This document shows positions 18,785 to 30,731 of a stretch of DNA of 64,000 bases, piece after piece. Location of the stretch: the NCBI GenBank assembly GCA_039028615.1, contig JBCCHT010000002.1, forward strand, positions 96,001 to 160,000, written 5' to 3'. The DNA is from Myxococcota bacterium. Lineage in GTDB: Bacteria; Myxococcota_A; Polyangia; Nannocystales; Nannocystaceae. The notes beneath the pieces are model-generated. The model worked only from the letters and a program-made list of their open reading frames with translations, was not told the origin of the DNA and did no database searches. Position 1 is the stretch's first letter. Every line of letters starts with the position of its first letter. Position numbers and translations under genes: made by a program.

Positions 18785-19570
18785 ATGGGACACGAAAAAG
18801 TCGCCGCCGCAGGTGGATTGGTCATGGTGCTCGGGCTGTTCGGGCGCCTCGGCGACGACTGCCTGCGCGCGGGTGCCCGTGGGGCTCGCTCCCTCGATGA
18901 CGTCGCGGCCGTCGCTCCGCGCACGATGAGCTGGGGCGCCGACGACACGGTGAAGATGGCCCGCAGCGCCGACGGGACCGTGAACCCGCGGGCGTTCTCG
19001 GTCCCCAAAGGCACCCCCGTACGAGGGTCGAGCGGCCATTGGGGCGAGCTGGGCTTCGATGCCCTCGACATCACCAACGTCGTCGAGCTGTCGCTCGACA
19101 CCGAGCCGGCCCCCGAAGATCGAGCCTGGCGCATGCGGGCGCGCCCCTGCGTCGGGGCGGTGCTCGCCACCGACGATCCGACGCAGTGGTCGGGCGTGTT
19201 CGAGGGGCGGGTCGAGCCCTGTGCGCCCGTGGTCGTGGTCGGTGCACTCGGCCGGGACAGTGCCTCGCTGATGCTCGACGGACAGCCGCGCTCGATGGTC
19301 GAGATGGCCGAGCGTTGCGCCGCGGGCTCGCGCGATTGCTTGTTCGTCGCCTGCTCCACCGAGGACCGCGCCTGTCGTCGCGAGGCGGCTCGCGTGGTCA
19401 CCCAAAGCCCCAGCCAGGTCCTGCCGCGCAGCTACGAGCGCGAGCTGTTGCAGCGCATCGCCGATCAGCCCCACCCGCCCGAGCGCATCGTGGCCATGGA
19501 GTCACGGGGCCCGCGGACGCGGATGGTCATCGCCGTGCCCGCCACGCGCCCCTCCGCGCCACCACGCTGA
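18785..19570 (+). CDS. Hypothetical protein with N-terminal hydrophobic segment
   Basis: AAGGAG RBS before ATG 18785; 261-aa ORF. Confidence 0.65.
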   Translation: MGHEKVAAAGGLVMVLGLFGRLGDDCLRAGARGARSLDDVAAVAPRTMSWGADDTVKMARSADGTVNPRAFSVPKGTPVRGSSGHWGELGFDALDITNVVELSLDTEPAPEDRAWRMRARPCVGAVLATDDPTQWSGVFEGRVEPCAPVVVVGALGRDSASLMLDGQPRSMVEMAERCAAGSRDCLFVACSTEDRACRREAARVVTQSPSQVLPRSYERELLQRIADQPHPPERIVAMESRGPRTRMVIAVPATRPSAPPR

Positions 19571-19660
19571 ACGACGCCGGGCCCGGGCTTGCGCCGCTCG
19601 GAGCACCCACCCCACGCGTCAGGCGCCACGATCCCGCGGGCCGCAGGGTATTCTCCGGTC

Positions 19661-20338
19661 ATGAAGCTTAGGTCTTGGTTCTGGCTCGGACTGCTCGGCG
19701 CGCTCGCGGGTTGTGTCAGCAACACCATCACGCTCGAGTCGGAAACCGACGAAGGCACGGGCACCCCTCCGCCCTCGACCTCGACCTCCACTACCGCCAG
19801 CTCGGTCACGGTGAGTACCAGCGCGGCGGTCACCAGCGCCGCCGTCACCACCACGCCCCCTCCCCCGCCGGTCACCAGTGCGGTCACGACCGACGAACCC
19901 GTGCTCGACGTCGGCTTCATGGACACCACCTCGGGCATCGAGTGCGATCCGCCGTGCTCCCCGGACCACATCTGCATCGAAGGGCTGTGCTTCGAAGACC
20001 CCGACCTGACCACGGGCGACGAGTGCGGCTACATCGCGGACTGGGAGGACTGCAGCGATGGCATGGGCGGTGTGGACGACGCGCTGTGCACGGGCCCCGG
20101 CATGCTCTGCCTGTCCGAGAACCCGGTCCAGCCGGAGTTCGCCGTCTGTGCCGCCATGGGGTGCAACGACGCGTGCGACTGCCCCCTCGCGCCGCCCACC
20201 ACCGAGGCCAACGTGGTCTGCGAGGACATCACCGGAAAAGGGCAAGGCACCTGCTTCCTCGAGTGCTCCTCGGGACAGACCTGTCCCCCCGGGATGACCT
20301 GCGCGTTCGACTTCATCTGCATGTACGAGGCGAGCTGA
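19661..20338 (+). CDS. Thr/Pro-linker, Cys-rich lipoprotein
   Basis: LAGC lipobox; T/S/P linker; CxxxCDCP...C and CFLEC...CPPGMTC Cys domain. Confidence 0.85.
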   Translation: MKLRSWFWLGLLGALAGCVSNTITLESETDEGTGTPPPSTSTSTTASSVTVSTSAAVTSAAVTTTPPPPPVTSAVTTDEPVLDVGFMDTTSGIECDPPCSPDHICIEGLCFEDPDLTTGDECGYIADWEDCSDGMGGVDDALCTGPGMLCLSENPVQPEFAVCAAMGCNDACDCPLAPPTTEANVVCEDITGKGQGTCFLECSSGQTCPPGMTCAFDFICMYEAS

Positions 20339-20404
20339 CCGCGACGCGGCTCGGTCGCGGCGCAGGCTCGACGAACCCTCGCCGCCCCGACCCGACACCG
20401 CTGG

Positions 20405-21070
20405 CTAGCGCCCGAACCAGAAGTTGATGCCCCCCATCACGCTGGCGCCCGCGTCGAGCCCGGCCTCGTGCACCGCCCCCTGTCCGCCGACCTCGACGGA
20501 AAACGACATCCGTGGGTTGGCGAAGGCCTCGATGCCCATGTGGCCGCCTCCGCTCACGCCGTAGCGCTGACCCGAGCCCCCCGGTCGCAGCCGACCGCCG
20601 AAGGTTACGCCACCGCCACCGTAGAGGCGCACGATGCCGCCCATCACCGGGCTGCGTCCGAACAGCTCGAGGCCACCGAAGCCGACCGGGTCGTAGCGCT
20701 CCCCCGCGGCCGAGTGCACCAGCGTACCCGTCACCCGAGCACCGAAGAACTGCCCCACCCTGCGCCCGAAGGGGACGTCCAGGTGCAGGGACTGGCCGAA
20801 GCCCGAGCCCCACAGGCCCTGGTGGATGCCGATGCCCACCCCACGCGCTCGCCGGTTCACCCGCACCACGTAGTCGCGATCGAGCATGGGTGCGACCGGC
20901 TCGGGGCCTCGCTCGACCTGGCTCGCGGCATGGTGCTCACCGCTGACGGGCGCGGCGGCCATCGTGACCGAGTCCGCCACGTTGGGCTCGGCGATCCCGT
21001 CGGCCTCCTGAGGATCGGCGGCCATGGTCAGAGCGATGGAGGAGGAGACGAGGATGCTCGAGAAGCTCAT
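20405..21070 (-). CDS. Putative outer-membrane beta-barrel protein
   Basis: Signal-like N-terminus; Gly-rich alternating strands; C-terminal GGINFWF. Confidence 0.6.
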   Translation of the reverse strand: MSFSSILVSSSIALTMAADPQEADGIAEPNVADSVTMAAAPVSGEHHAASQVERGPEPVAPMLDRDYVVRVNRRARGVGIGIHQGLWGSGFGQSLHLDVPFGRRVGQFFGARVTGTLVHSAAGERYDPVGFGGLELFGRSPVMGGIVRLYGGGGVTFGGRLRPGGSGQRYGVSGGGHMGIEAFANPRMSFSVEVGGQGAVHEAGLDAGASVMGGINFWFGR

Positions 21071-21124
21071 GTCTTCGTTCTGAGGGGCAGGCGATGGGTC
21101 GACCACTCACGCGCGTCAGCCCTC

Positions 21125-21146
21125 GGACATGACAGCTGTCATGTCC
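21125..21146. promoter_or_regulatory. Perfect 22-bp palindrome, probable response-regulator operator
   Basis: GGACATGACAG-CTGTCATGTCC between divergent genes, upstream of a DesK/DesR-like pair. Confidence 0.7.
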
Positions 21147-21193
21147 AAGTCGATGACCGGCCTGCACCACGGCCCGACGCGCTACCCTTAGGC

Positions 21194-22321
21194 GTGCCCC
21201 GGCGATGGCAATTGCTGCCCGACGACCCCGAAATCGGCTGGATCCCGTACGTTTGGCTCCTGTATCTAGGTTTCGTCGTCCTCACTCCCGTCTTCGGCGA
21301 CCTGACCGAAGACATGACGATGTGGGCCGTGACGGGGATCACCACGGCCCTGTTCGTCCCGCTCTACTTCCTCGGCTACTGGTACCGCGGCACCGCCCGA
21401 ATCAAGCTCGCGCTGGGGATGTGCGTCCTGGGCATCGTGCTGGCCCCCTTCAACCCGGGCGGCAGTACGTTCTTCATCTACGCCGCCTATTTCGCCGGCC
21501 TGTACGACGACCGAATCGGCCGCAGCATGGCCGCGGTGGGCCTGGTGCTCGTCGTCCTGGTCGCGGCTGCGTTCCTCGTCCAGCCCATCATCTACTTCTG
21601 GGCGCCGGGCGGCATGGGCGTGGTGGTCATCGGCCTCATCGGTAGCCACAACGCGCGCAGTCACTCGCGCATCGAAGAGCTGCGGCTGGCCCGGGCCGAG
21701 GTCGAGACGCTGGCCCGCATCGCCGAGCGCGAGCGCATCGCCGCCGACCTGCACGACCTGCTGGGCCACTCGCTGTCGGTCATCGCCCTCAAGTCCGAGC
21801 TCGCCCAGCACTTGGTGGAGCGCGACGCCGCCCGGGCCACCCAGGAGATGACGGACGTACACGAGGTCGCCCGCAAGGCGCTGTCGGAGGTCCGCACCGC
21901 CGTCGGCGGCTATCGGGTCGGCAGCGGTGCCGGTCTGCGCCAAGAACTCGATGGTGCGGAGCGTGCCCTCGAAGCGGCCGGGGTCGCCTTGATCGTCGTC
22001 GAGGGCCCCGAGCACGTGGCCAAGTCGCTCGACGCCGCGCACGAGGGCGTGCTCGCGCTGGCCCTGCGAGAAGCGGCCACCAACATCATGCGTCACGCTC
22101 GAGCATCGAAGTGCGAGCTCACCTTCTTTGGCGAGAGCGAGGGCTGCGGCCTCGAGATTCGCGACGACGGCCGGGGCGTCCGAGGCACCCCCGGTCACGG
22201 ATTGCAGACGATGAAGCGAAGAGTCGAAGCCCAGGGAGGCACCATGGAAATCGTCAGCGACGCCGAGGGAACCCGGCTGCGGGTCATGCTCGATCCGGTC
22301 GCCCAGGAAGGTGCGGCATGA
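21194..22321 (+). CDS. DesK-like membrane sensor histidine kinase (HisKA_3)
   Basis: About 5 TM helices; ERERIAADLHDLLGHSLS; EAATNIMRHA; DDGRG; GHGL; start uncertain (GTG 21194). Confidence 0.88.
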   Translation: MPRRWQLLPDDPEIGWIPYVWLLYLGFVVLTPVFGDLTEDMTMWAVTGITTALFVPLYFLGYWYRGTARIKLALGMCVLGIVLAPFNPGGSTFFIYAAYFAGLYDDRIGRSMAAVGLVLVVLVAAAFLVQPIIYFWAPGGMGVVVIGLIGSHNARSHSRIEELRLARAEVETLARIAERERIAADLHDLLGHSLSVIALKSELAQHLVERDAARATQEMTDVHEVARKALSEVRTAVGGYRVGSGAGLRQELDGAERALEAAGVALIVVEGPEHVAKSLDAAHEGVLALALREAATNIMRHARASKCELTFFGESEGCGLEIRDDGRGVRGTPGHGLQTMKRRVEAQGGTMEIVSDAEGTRLRVMLDPVAQEGAA

Positions 22322-22920
22322 TCCGCGTCATGTTGGTCGAGGACCAAGGCATGGTCCTGGGGGCCCTGGCCGCCCTGCTCGAGCTCGAGGAGGACTTGCG
22401 AGTCATCGCCCGAGCCAGCCGCGGCGACGAAGCGCTCGAGCGGCTCCGCGAGCAAGAGGTCGACATCGTCGTCACCGACATCGAGATGCCGGTCATGAAC
22501 GGACTCGAGCTGTGCGCCGCTGTTCGTCACCACCACCCGCAGACCCGCGTCGTCGTGCTGACCACCTTCGCCCGCTCCGGCTACCTGCGGCGAGCCATGG
22601 AGGCCGGCGCCCAGGCCTACCTGCTCAAAGATGCGCCCGCGCGCAGCCTCGCCGATGCCATCCGCACCGTGACCAAGGGCGGCCGCGTCGTCGACCCCCA
22701 GCTCGCCTCCGAAGCCTGGTCCGAGCCCGACCCCCTGACCCACCGCGAGCGGCAAGCCCTGCGCCATGCGGAGAACGGGCTGAGCACCGAGCAGATTGCC
22801 CACGAGCTCGAGCTGTCCGTGGGTACGGTGCGGAACTATCTGTCGAGTGCCATCGGCAAGCTCGGCGCGAAGAACCGCGCCGAAGCGGCCAGCAAGGCGC
22901 GCAGCAAGGGCTGGCTCTGA
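22318..22920 (+). CDS. DesR-like NarL/LuxR response regulator
   Basis: LVEDQ, TDIEMP, LTTF, YLLKD, LuxR HTH GTVRNYLS; ATGA overlap with the kinase stop. Confidence 0.93.
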   Translation: MIRVMLVEDQGMVLGALAALLELEEDLRVIARASRGDEALERLREQEVDIVVTDIEMPVMNGLELCAAVRHHHPQTRVVVLTTFARSGYLRRAMEAGAQAYLLKDAPARSLADAIRTVTKGGRVVDPQLASEAWSEPDPLTHRERQALRHAENGLSTEQIAHELELSVGTVRNYLSSAIGKLGAKNRAEAASKARSKGWL

Positions 22921-22939
22921 GGCCCGTCGAGCCGGCGCC

Positions 22940-24358
22940 CTAGCGCACCGACTCGCCCACCGTCAGCACCGCGGCGAGCCCTTCGTCGCAGGTGGGGACG
23001 ATCTGCTCGGGCGGCAGCACGAACCCACCGCCGCCGCGCGGGCGCAGCTCGATGACGAACGACTTGGCATCGAGCTCGCCGTAGGCCCAGTCCATCAGCG
23101 TGCCCGCGGCGGGATAGAGCGACTGGGCCGACATCAGCCGGTAGCGGGTGCCGTGCGGCTTGCCCATGACGTCGACCATGGCCTTGCCCGTCTTCTTGAG
23201 CGCGGCGTAGTCCCGCGGGCGAGTACGGGTGTGGCTCCACGGGTGCAGGAGCATTTGGCCGTAGCTGTGGAAGTCGATGTGGGCGTCGATGTCGTGCGCG
23301 ACCATGAGGTCTCGCAGCGCGGCGGACTCGGGCTCGGAGAACGGGCCCTCGCCGCGATAGACCTGGGAGGACGGCTTGTCGCTCGACCCGTCGCCGCCCC
23401 AGGCGAGGCCGAAGTTGCGGTTGAGGTCGACGCCGTGACCGTCGCGACGGTTCTTTCGCCAGTAGCGGTCACTCTTCCAGCTGTGCACGTAGCCGTCGGG
23501 GTTGGCCACGGGCAGGACCCACAGCTCGCTTTGGTCGACGAAGTCTCGGATGCGCTCGTCCTGGTCGTAACCCCGCAGCAAGCGGTCGGCGACGCAGGTG
23601 GAGACGGCCATGGCGATCCACTCGCGGGCATGCAGGCCACCATCGACGACCATGCCGAAACGGCGCTGCCCCTTGCCGCGCACGTGCAACGCCCGAAGGA
23701 GCCGACCCTCCAACGAGGACCCCACCGTCTCGACCTGGGCGAGGTCGGGGCGCAGCTGCGCCAGGGTGTCGAGGTAGGCGTGGATGGTGGGCAGGTCGCG
23801 ATACTCGGAAAACCACTGTTCGGGCGAAGGGCGAGCGACCTCCACCTGGGCCAGTCGCTCACGCTCGGCCTCGGCCACCGCGAGGACGTCGGGCACGATG
23901 ACCTCGATGCTCAGGTCATGCTCGCCGACCCAGGCCAAGCCAGCCGCATCGAGCACGACGTCGACGGTGGGCTCTCGCAGGCGCTCGCTCCAGACGTCCT
24001 GCGCGCGGGCGAGCAGCTCGGCCCGCAGCGCGGCGGTGCCCGGGGTCACCCGCACCGCCACCAGGGTGTCCTCGGCGATGGCCAGCGGCGCGTCGGCAGC
24101 CGGAGCTGCGACCTCGTCGGCCGCAGCCCTCTGCGCGACGGCGGTGGCGGTGTGCTCGACTTGGCCGAGCGGCGGCGGCTGGCTCTGTCCGTAGACGATG
24201 CCGCCCACCACGAGCAGGCCCAAGCCGACGACCCAGCCGCCATGCAGGCTCGGGCCCCCGGTGCCCAGCGGCCAGCTCGAAGATCCTCGTCGTCGTTGTC
24301 GCTTGCCTGGGCCTCGACTCACGTCAACCAGCGTAGGCACCCCGGCGCTCGAATGCAC
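22940..24358 (-). CDS. M14 zinc carboxypeptidase
   Basis: HAREW, NPDGY, WRKNR, DLNRNF, FSEPE, FHSYG, IELRP; start uncertain. Confidence 0.9.
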   Translation of the reverse strand: MHSSAGVPTLVDVSRGPGKRQRRRGSSSWPLGTGGPSLHGGWVVGLGLLVVGGIVYGQSQPPPLGQVEHTATAVAQRAAADEVAAPAADAPLAIAEDTLVAVRVTPGTAALRAELLARAQDVWSERLREPTVDVVLDAAGLAWVGEHDLSIEVIVPDVLAVAEAERERLAQVEVARPSPEQWFSEYRDLPTIHAYLDTLAQLRPDLAQVETVGSSLEGRLLRALHVRGKGQRRFGMVVDGGLHAREWIAMAVSTCVADRLLRGYDQDERIRDFVDQSELWVLPVANPDGYVHSWKSDRYWRKNRRDGHGVDLNRNFGLAWGGDGSSDKPSSQVYRGEGPFSEPESAALRDLMVAHDIDAHIDFHSYGQMLLHPWSHTRTRPRDYAALKKTGKAMVDVMGKPHGTRYRLMSAQSLYPAAGTLMDWAYGELDAKSFVIELRPRGGGGFVLPPEQIVPTCDEGLAAVLTVGESVR

Positions 24359-24412
24359 GAAGGATCGACGGCCCGAGGCGGGGCACGGTGCGCCGCGACC
24401 GCGAGACCGCGC

Positions 24413-25228
24413 TCAGGGCCACTGCAGCCGGACTTCGTCGCCACAGCCCCGAATCACGAGCTGCGCCCCATCCACGTGCAATTGCACGCGGTCCTCGGAT
24501 TCGCTCGGCTCGACCTCCTCACCGTCGTAGTCCTCGCGCCGCTCGATCAGAAGCGGCGGCTGTCCGCTGCCCGCGTCCACGAACGAGTCGAGCTGGGACT
24601 TGGAGTGGTCGAAGCAGCCGACCATGCACTCGTCATCGAGCAGCGGGTCGCACTCCTTCTCCCCGTCGTATCCTTCGGCCCGCGGATGCACGACCTGCAC
24701 ATTCGCCCACCGTTGCGGATCGTCGGTGGCCTCGGTCTCCACCTGCGGCATGCAGTGGAAGGTCCGAATCCCCAGCAGGCTCGGGCGCACCACCGAGATG
24801 CGACCGTCGCCCCCGAGCACCGCGACTCCGCCGACGGCGATGTCGGTCCAGTCACCGCTGACTCGGCCGAGGGCGCGAGGTTGACCCGGCAACGAGGCCG
24901 CGAGTGTCTCGGTCTCCGGCTCGGGCGCGTCGTCGAACGCATCGAGCAGCTCGGGGTCGACGAGCGTGCGATAGGCCTCCGCCCAGGTGTCGACCTGCGT
25001 GCGCGATGGACTGCGCGTGGCTCGGACCTCGCAGTCGTCCCCGCGAAACTCGTAGATCACCGAGGCCTCCGTCGACCACGACGCCAAGGGGTGGGCGCGG
25101 GCGGTCCGTGCCTGGGCGACGTCGGAGATCCGGTTCGCGAGCGAGGAACTCGGCCGGGCCGCGGACTCGAACCCCGGCACCGCCGCCAACAGCAGGCCGC
25201 TCACCCACACGCTCGCGCGACGACTCAC
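24413..25228 (-). CDS. Hypothetical exported protein
   Basis: ORF with signal-like N-terminus and several Cys; start estimated at GTG 25228. Confidence 0.55.
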   Translation of the reverse strand: MSRRASVWVSGLLLAAVPGFESAARPSSSLANRISDVAQARTARAHPLASWSTEASVIYEFRGDDCEVRATRSPSRTQVDTWAEAYRTLVDPELLDAFDDAPEPETETLAASLPGQPRALGRVSGDWTDIAVGGVAVLGGDGRISVVRPSLLGIRTFHCMPQVETEATDDPQRWANVQVVHPRAEGYDGEKECDPLLDDECMVGCFDHSKSQLDSFVDAGSGQPPLLIERREDYDGEEVEPSESEDRVQLHVDGAQLVIRGCGDEVRLQWP

Positions 25229-25309
25229 CGGTCCTGCACGCGCTCGGACCGGCGGCCATTCCGCGGCGTGCGACGATTCGGGAGAAAAATCGACGCCAAC
25301 GATTGCCAA

Positions 25310-25325
25310 CCTACTAGATGGTAGG
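25310..25325. promoter_or_regulatory. Candidate TetR operator 1 (CCTAC-N6-GTAGG)
   Basis: CCTACtagatgGTAGG, 18 bp before the TetR start. Confidence 0.7.
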
Positions 25326-25343
25326 CATGGTTCAATCGAGCCG

Positions 25344-25907
25344 ATGGACACGCGAACGCAGATCCTCGACGTGGGCGAAGCCTTGATGAAGCGCGCCGGG
25401 TATTCGGGCTTCAGCTACGCCGACGTCTCCAAGGAAGTGGGCATCCGCAAGGCGAGCATCCACCACCACTTCCCCAACAAGTCCGCCCTCGCTCGGGCCG
25501 CGCTCGAGCGCTACCGCGAGGCGTCGCAGGCCCGGCTCGCCGCGTCCTTCGATCCACAATCGGGGGTCCAAGGCGCAGCGCAGTCGCTCGGGCAGATGTT
25601 CGTCGACGCCTTCGAGGGTCCGGGCAATGGGTGCCTCTGCGGCAGCTTGGCGGCCGAATGGGAGCTGCTGCCCGACGAGCTGCGCGAGCACGTCCGCGCC
25701 TACTGGAACGAGACCACCGCCTGGATGGCCGCGGCGATCATGCGGGCCGACCCCGCCGTCGTGCACGAGCACGCCACCAGCCGTGCTCGCCTCGTGGTCT
25801 CGCTGCTCGAGGGCGCGATGATGTCGGCCCGCGTCATGGGCTCGACCGCCCCGCTCCACGAGGCCACCGCCACGGCCCGCCTCCTCGCGAGCCACGCTCA
25901 CGCCTGA
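25344..25907 (+). CDS. TetR/AcrR family regulator (NemR-like)
   Basis: [36 protein letters not shown] in the C-terminal domain. Confidence 0.93.
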   Translation: MDTRTQILDVGEALMKRAGYSGFSYADVSKEVGIRKASIHHHFPNKSALARAALERYREASQARLAASFDPQSGVQGAAQSLGQMFVDAFEGPGNGCLCGSLAAEWELLPDELREHVRAYWNETTAWMAAAIMRADPAVVHEHATSRARLVVSLLEGAMMSARVMGSTAPLHEATATARLLASHAHA

Positions 25908-25960
25908 TCGCGACCCCCGGCGATGCCCACTCACGGCATCGCCTCGTTTTTCACCACCAA

Positions 25961-25978
25961 ACCTACCTATTAGTAGGT
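25961..25978. promoter_or_regulatory. Candidate TetR operator 2 (ACCTAC-N6-GTAGGT)
   Basis: ACCTACctattaGTAGGT upstream of the SDR gene; same consensus as the site at 25310. Confidence 0.72.
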
Positions 25979-25999
25979 AGATCATCGAAAGATCGAACA

Positions 26000-26776
26000 A
26001 TGACCAAAGCACCGACTCCCTTCACCTGGATCATCGGCGGCGGCAGCGGCATGGGCCTGGCCACCGCAGCCCGGCTGGTCGCCCGTGGCGAGCACGTCGC
26101 GCTCGTCGGCCGTAGCGGCACGAAGCTCGAAGCCGCGGCGACTCAGCTCCGGCGCGACGGCTCGGGCGAGGTCGAGACCGTCGTCTGCGACATCACCGAC
26201 GCCCCATCGCTGCGGGCCCTGCTCGACCGCATGCAGTCGGACCCACGCCAGGTGACGGGGCTGGTCAACGCAGCGGGTGTGTTCGCGCCCAAGCCCTTCC
26301 TCGAGCACGACGGCGGCGACTTCGACCGCTACCACGCCATCAACCGGGGCACCTTCTTCATCACGCAGCAGGTCGCCAAGACCATGGCCGCGCACGGTGG
26401 AGGCTCGATCGTCAACGTCGGATCGATGTGGGCCCACCAGGCGGTCAAGGCCACGCCGTCGTCGGCCTACTCGATGGCCAAGGCCGGGCTGCACGCGCTG
26501 ACGCAGCACCTCGCCATGGAGCTGGCCGACGCGGGCATCCGAGTCAACGCGGTCGCGCCCGCGGTGGTGGTGACGCCGATCTACGGCGCGTTCATCGATC
26601 CGAGCGCCATCGAGTCGACCCTGAGCGACGGTTTCGATGCCTTCCACCCCATCGGCCGCGTGGGCAAGCCCCAGGACGTGGCTTCGGTGATCGACATGCT
26701 GCTCAGCGCCGAGTCCAGCTGGGTGACGGGTGCCATCTGGGACGTGGATGGTGGTGTAATGGCGGGACGGAACTGA
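26000..26776 (+). CDS. Short-chain dehydrogenase/reductase
   Basis: GGGSGMG, VNAAG, catalytic [17 protein letters not shown]. Confidence 0.93.
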   Translation: MTKAPTPFTWIIGGGSGMGLATAARLVARGEHVALVGRSGTKLEAAATQLRRDGSGEVETVVCDITDAPSLRALLDRMQSDPRQVTGLVNAAGVFAPKPFLEHDGGDFDRYHAINRGTFFITQQVAKTMAAHGGGSIVNVGSMWAHQAVKATPSSAYSMAKAGLHALTQHLAMELADAGIRVNAVAPAVVVTPIYGAFIDPSAIESTLSDGFDAFHPIGRVGKPQDVASVIDMLLSAESSWVTGAIWDVDGGVMAGRN

Positions 26777-26780
26777 CGCC

Positions 26781-27446
26781 ATGAACGCTCCCGTCGATCG
26801 CCTCCGCGCCGACATGTCGACGCGACACGTCGTCGCCCTCGATGACACCCCTTGGGCCCCCTCCCCCGCGGTGGGGGTCGATCGCCGCATGCTCGACCGC
26901 GTGGGCCAAGAGGTCGCCCGGGCCACCAGCGTGGTGCGCTACGCCCCGGGCAGTCGCTTCGACGCCCACGAACACGCGCTCGGCGAGGAGTTTTTTGTGC
27001 TCGAAGGGACCTTCGCGGACGAGCACGGCCGCTATCCGGCGGGTACCTACGTCCGAAACCCTCCCGGATCTCGCCACGCGCCGTTCACCGAGGAGGGCTG
27101 CACCATCTTCGTGAAGCTACGGCAGTTCGAGACCACCGATCTGCAGCGCGTCGTCGTGTCGACCCGCGAGGCGGAGTTTTCCCGCGGCCAGGTCGAGGGC
27201 CTCACCGTGCTGCCGCTGCACGAGTACCAGGGCGTCAGCACGGCGCTGGTGCGCTGGGCCCCCGGCTGCCGCTTCGTGCCCCATCAACACTGGGGCGGCG
27301 AGGAGATATTGGTGCTCGAGGGCACCTTCGAAGACGAGCACGGGCAGTACCCCGCGGGCACGTGGATCCGTAGCCCGCATCGCAGCCAGCACGACCCCTT
27401 CTCGACGGAGGGGTGCCTCATCTATGTGAAGGTCGGACACCTGTAG
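26781..27446 (+). CDS. ChrR-like tandem cupin protein
   Basis: Two repeats of HxH...EEx(F/L)VLEGTFxDEHGxYPAGT. Confidence 0.88.
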   Translation: MNAPVDRLRADMSTRHVVALDDTPWAPSPAVGVDRRMLDRVGQEVARATSVVRYAPGSRFDAHEHALGEEFFVLEGTFADEHGRYPAGTYVRNPPGSRHAPFTEEGCTIFVKLRQFETTDLQRVVVSTREAEFSRGQVEGLTVLPLHEYQGVSTALVRWAPGCRFVPHQHWGGEEILVLEGTFEDEHGQYPAGTWIRSPHRSQHDPFSTEGCLIYVKVGHL

Positions 27447-27453
27447 CGCCGGC

Positions 27454-28719
27454 TCAGGCCAGCCACAGGTGCTTGATCTTCAGGTAGCAGCCCTCGCCGA
27501 AGGCGGGCGGCACGGGGAAGTCCCCGGGCAGGCCCAGCTCGCCGACCATCTTCGCCTCGCGACCGGCTCGCACCGCACCGCGACCGAGGGCGGACAGCAG
27601 CTCGCCTTCTTCGAGCTTGGCCGCGTTGCTGACCGCCAGCATCTCGCCGCCGGGAGCGACCACGCGCGCGGCGGCTTCCATCAGTTCTTCCCAGTCGCGC
27701 ATGGCGGAGAACACCTTGCCCTTGACGCGGGAAAACGGCGGCGGGTCCACGATGACCAGGTCCCACTGCTCGTCGCGCTGGCGCATGCGCTCGAGGAACT
27801 TGAACACGTCGCCGGTCAGCGCCTCGCAGGCCTCGGGATCCATGCCGGAGGCGGTGAGGTTCTGACGGCAGCGGGCGTGCGAGCGCGCGGCAGAGTCGAC
27901 GTTGACCACCCGGGTCGCACCGCCTCGGATCGCCCGCACCCCGAAGGACCCGGTGAACGAGAACAAGTTGAGCACCCGGCGCCCCTTGGACAGGCGCTCG
28001 GCGAGGCGTCGGCCCTCACGCAGATCGAGGAACAGGCCGGGCGAGACCGGCGCGGTCACGTCGACGATGAAGGTGAGGCCGTCCTCCTGCACCTTGACCT
28101 CGGGAGGCGCGGTCTTGCCCCCGAGGTGGAACGCGGGCGGCCGACGCTCATCGGCGACCACGCCCCGCACGCGGTCCTGCATATAGATGCCGGCCGGCGA
28201 CAGCTTGTCCTTCAAGATCGGCACGAGTCGCTCGAGGTAGGCCTCGGCCGCGCGCGAGTACTTGTAGATCAGCACGAACTCACCGAGGCGATCGACGGCG
28301 AGTCCGGGCAGGCCGTCGCCTTCGCCATGCACTAGGCGCATGGCGTTTTCGATCTCCGGTGAGGTCCGGGTCTTTCGAAATGCCAGCGCCGCATCGACGC
28401 GCCGCTCGATCTCCTCGTCCGTCCACGAAAACTGCTCCTCGCGGCTCACCATGCGAACGGCGATGGCGCCTTCGGGCTCGACGAGGCCCCAGCCGATGGG
28501 GCGTCCGTCTTCGTCGGTCACCGCGATGAGCTCGCCGGCGTCCTTGCCCTCGAGCGGGCGCATCAGCGAGTCGCGAAACACCCACGGGTGGCCCGAAGTC
28601 AGGGTCCGCGCCGCCCGGTAGGAGACCTTCACACCCCGGCCCCGAATGGTGGGGCGAGGGCGACCTCGACCGCCTCGAGGGGGGCCAGATCGACGGCGAT
28701 CGGAGGGGCTGCCGGGCAT
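27454..28719 (-). CDS. RlmI/RlmK-like class I SAM-dependent rRNA methyltransferase
   Basis: GHPWVF PUA-like start, HGEGDGLPGLAVD, GLFLDLRE, VLNLFSFTGSF, VDPPPF, YLK. Confidence 0.85.
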   Translation of the reverse strand: MPGSPSDRRRSGPPRGGRGRPRPTIRGRGVKVSYRAARTLTSGHPWVFRDSLMRPLEGKDAGELIAVTDEDGRPIGWGLVEPEGAIAVRMVSREEQFSWTDEEIERRVDAALAFRKTRTSPEIENAMRLVHGEGDGLPGLAVDRLGEFVLIYKYSRAAEAYLERLVPILKDKLSPAGIYMQDRVRGVVADERRPPAFHLGGKTAPPEVKVQEDGLTFIVDVTAPVSPGLFLDLREGRRLAERLSKGRRVLNLFSFTGSFGVRAIRGGATRVVNVDSAARSHARCRQNLTASGMDPEACEALTGDVFKFLERMRQRDEQWDLVIVDPPPFSRVKGKVFSAMRDWEELMEAAARVVAPGGEMLAVSNAAKLEEGELLSALGRGAVRAGREAKMVGELGLPGDFPVPPAFGEGCYLKIKHLWLA

Positions 28720-28903
28720 GGCCGCGGACCATAGCCGAAAAGCCACCGGGGCAGCACGCCCCACCGTCAGGCGGGCCCTGACGGTGTATCCCCCGCCGTC
28801 TCGATTCGCCGCCAAAGGCCCGTACGGCCAGCTTTGCGCGGGTCGCTGCCCCCGCTACTCTGGGGCTGGCGCGCTGCGGCGCCGCGTAGGGGACCAAGCG
28901 TTC

Positions 28904-30616
<1,713 letters not shown>

Positions 30617-30731
30617 AGCGGTCGTCCCGAATCCGAGCATCGCCTACATCCGGGCCGCCGCGTTGGGTCGCTTGTTCGCGCCTGAGGAGCCTTTGTTGGT
30701 ATCCTAGGGCCGCCGCAGCCGCGGATCCGCG

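Noticed and set aside
20468..21193. Long N-terminal extension of the DesK ORF in the track
   Set aside because: Overlaps the opposite-strand barrel gene and the palindrome; the real start is probably near 21194
22796..25324. 842-aa plus-strand ORF
   Set aside because: Antisense to the M14 peptidase and the next gene; no recognisable domain
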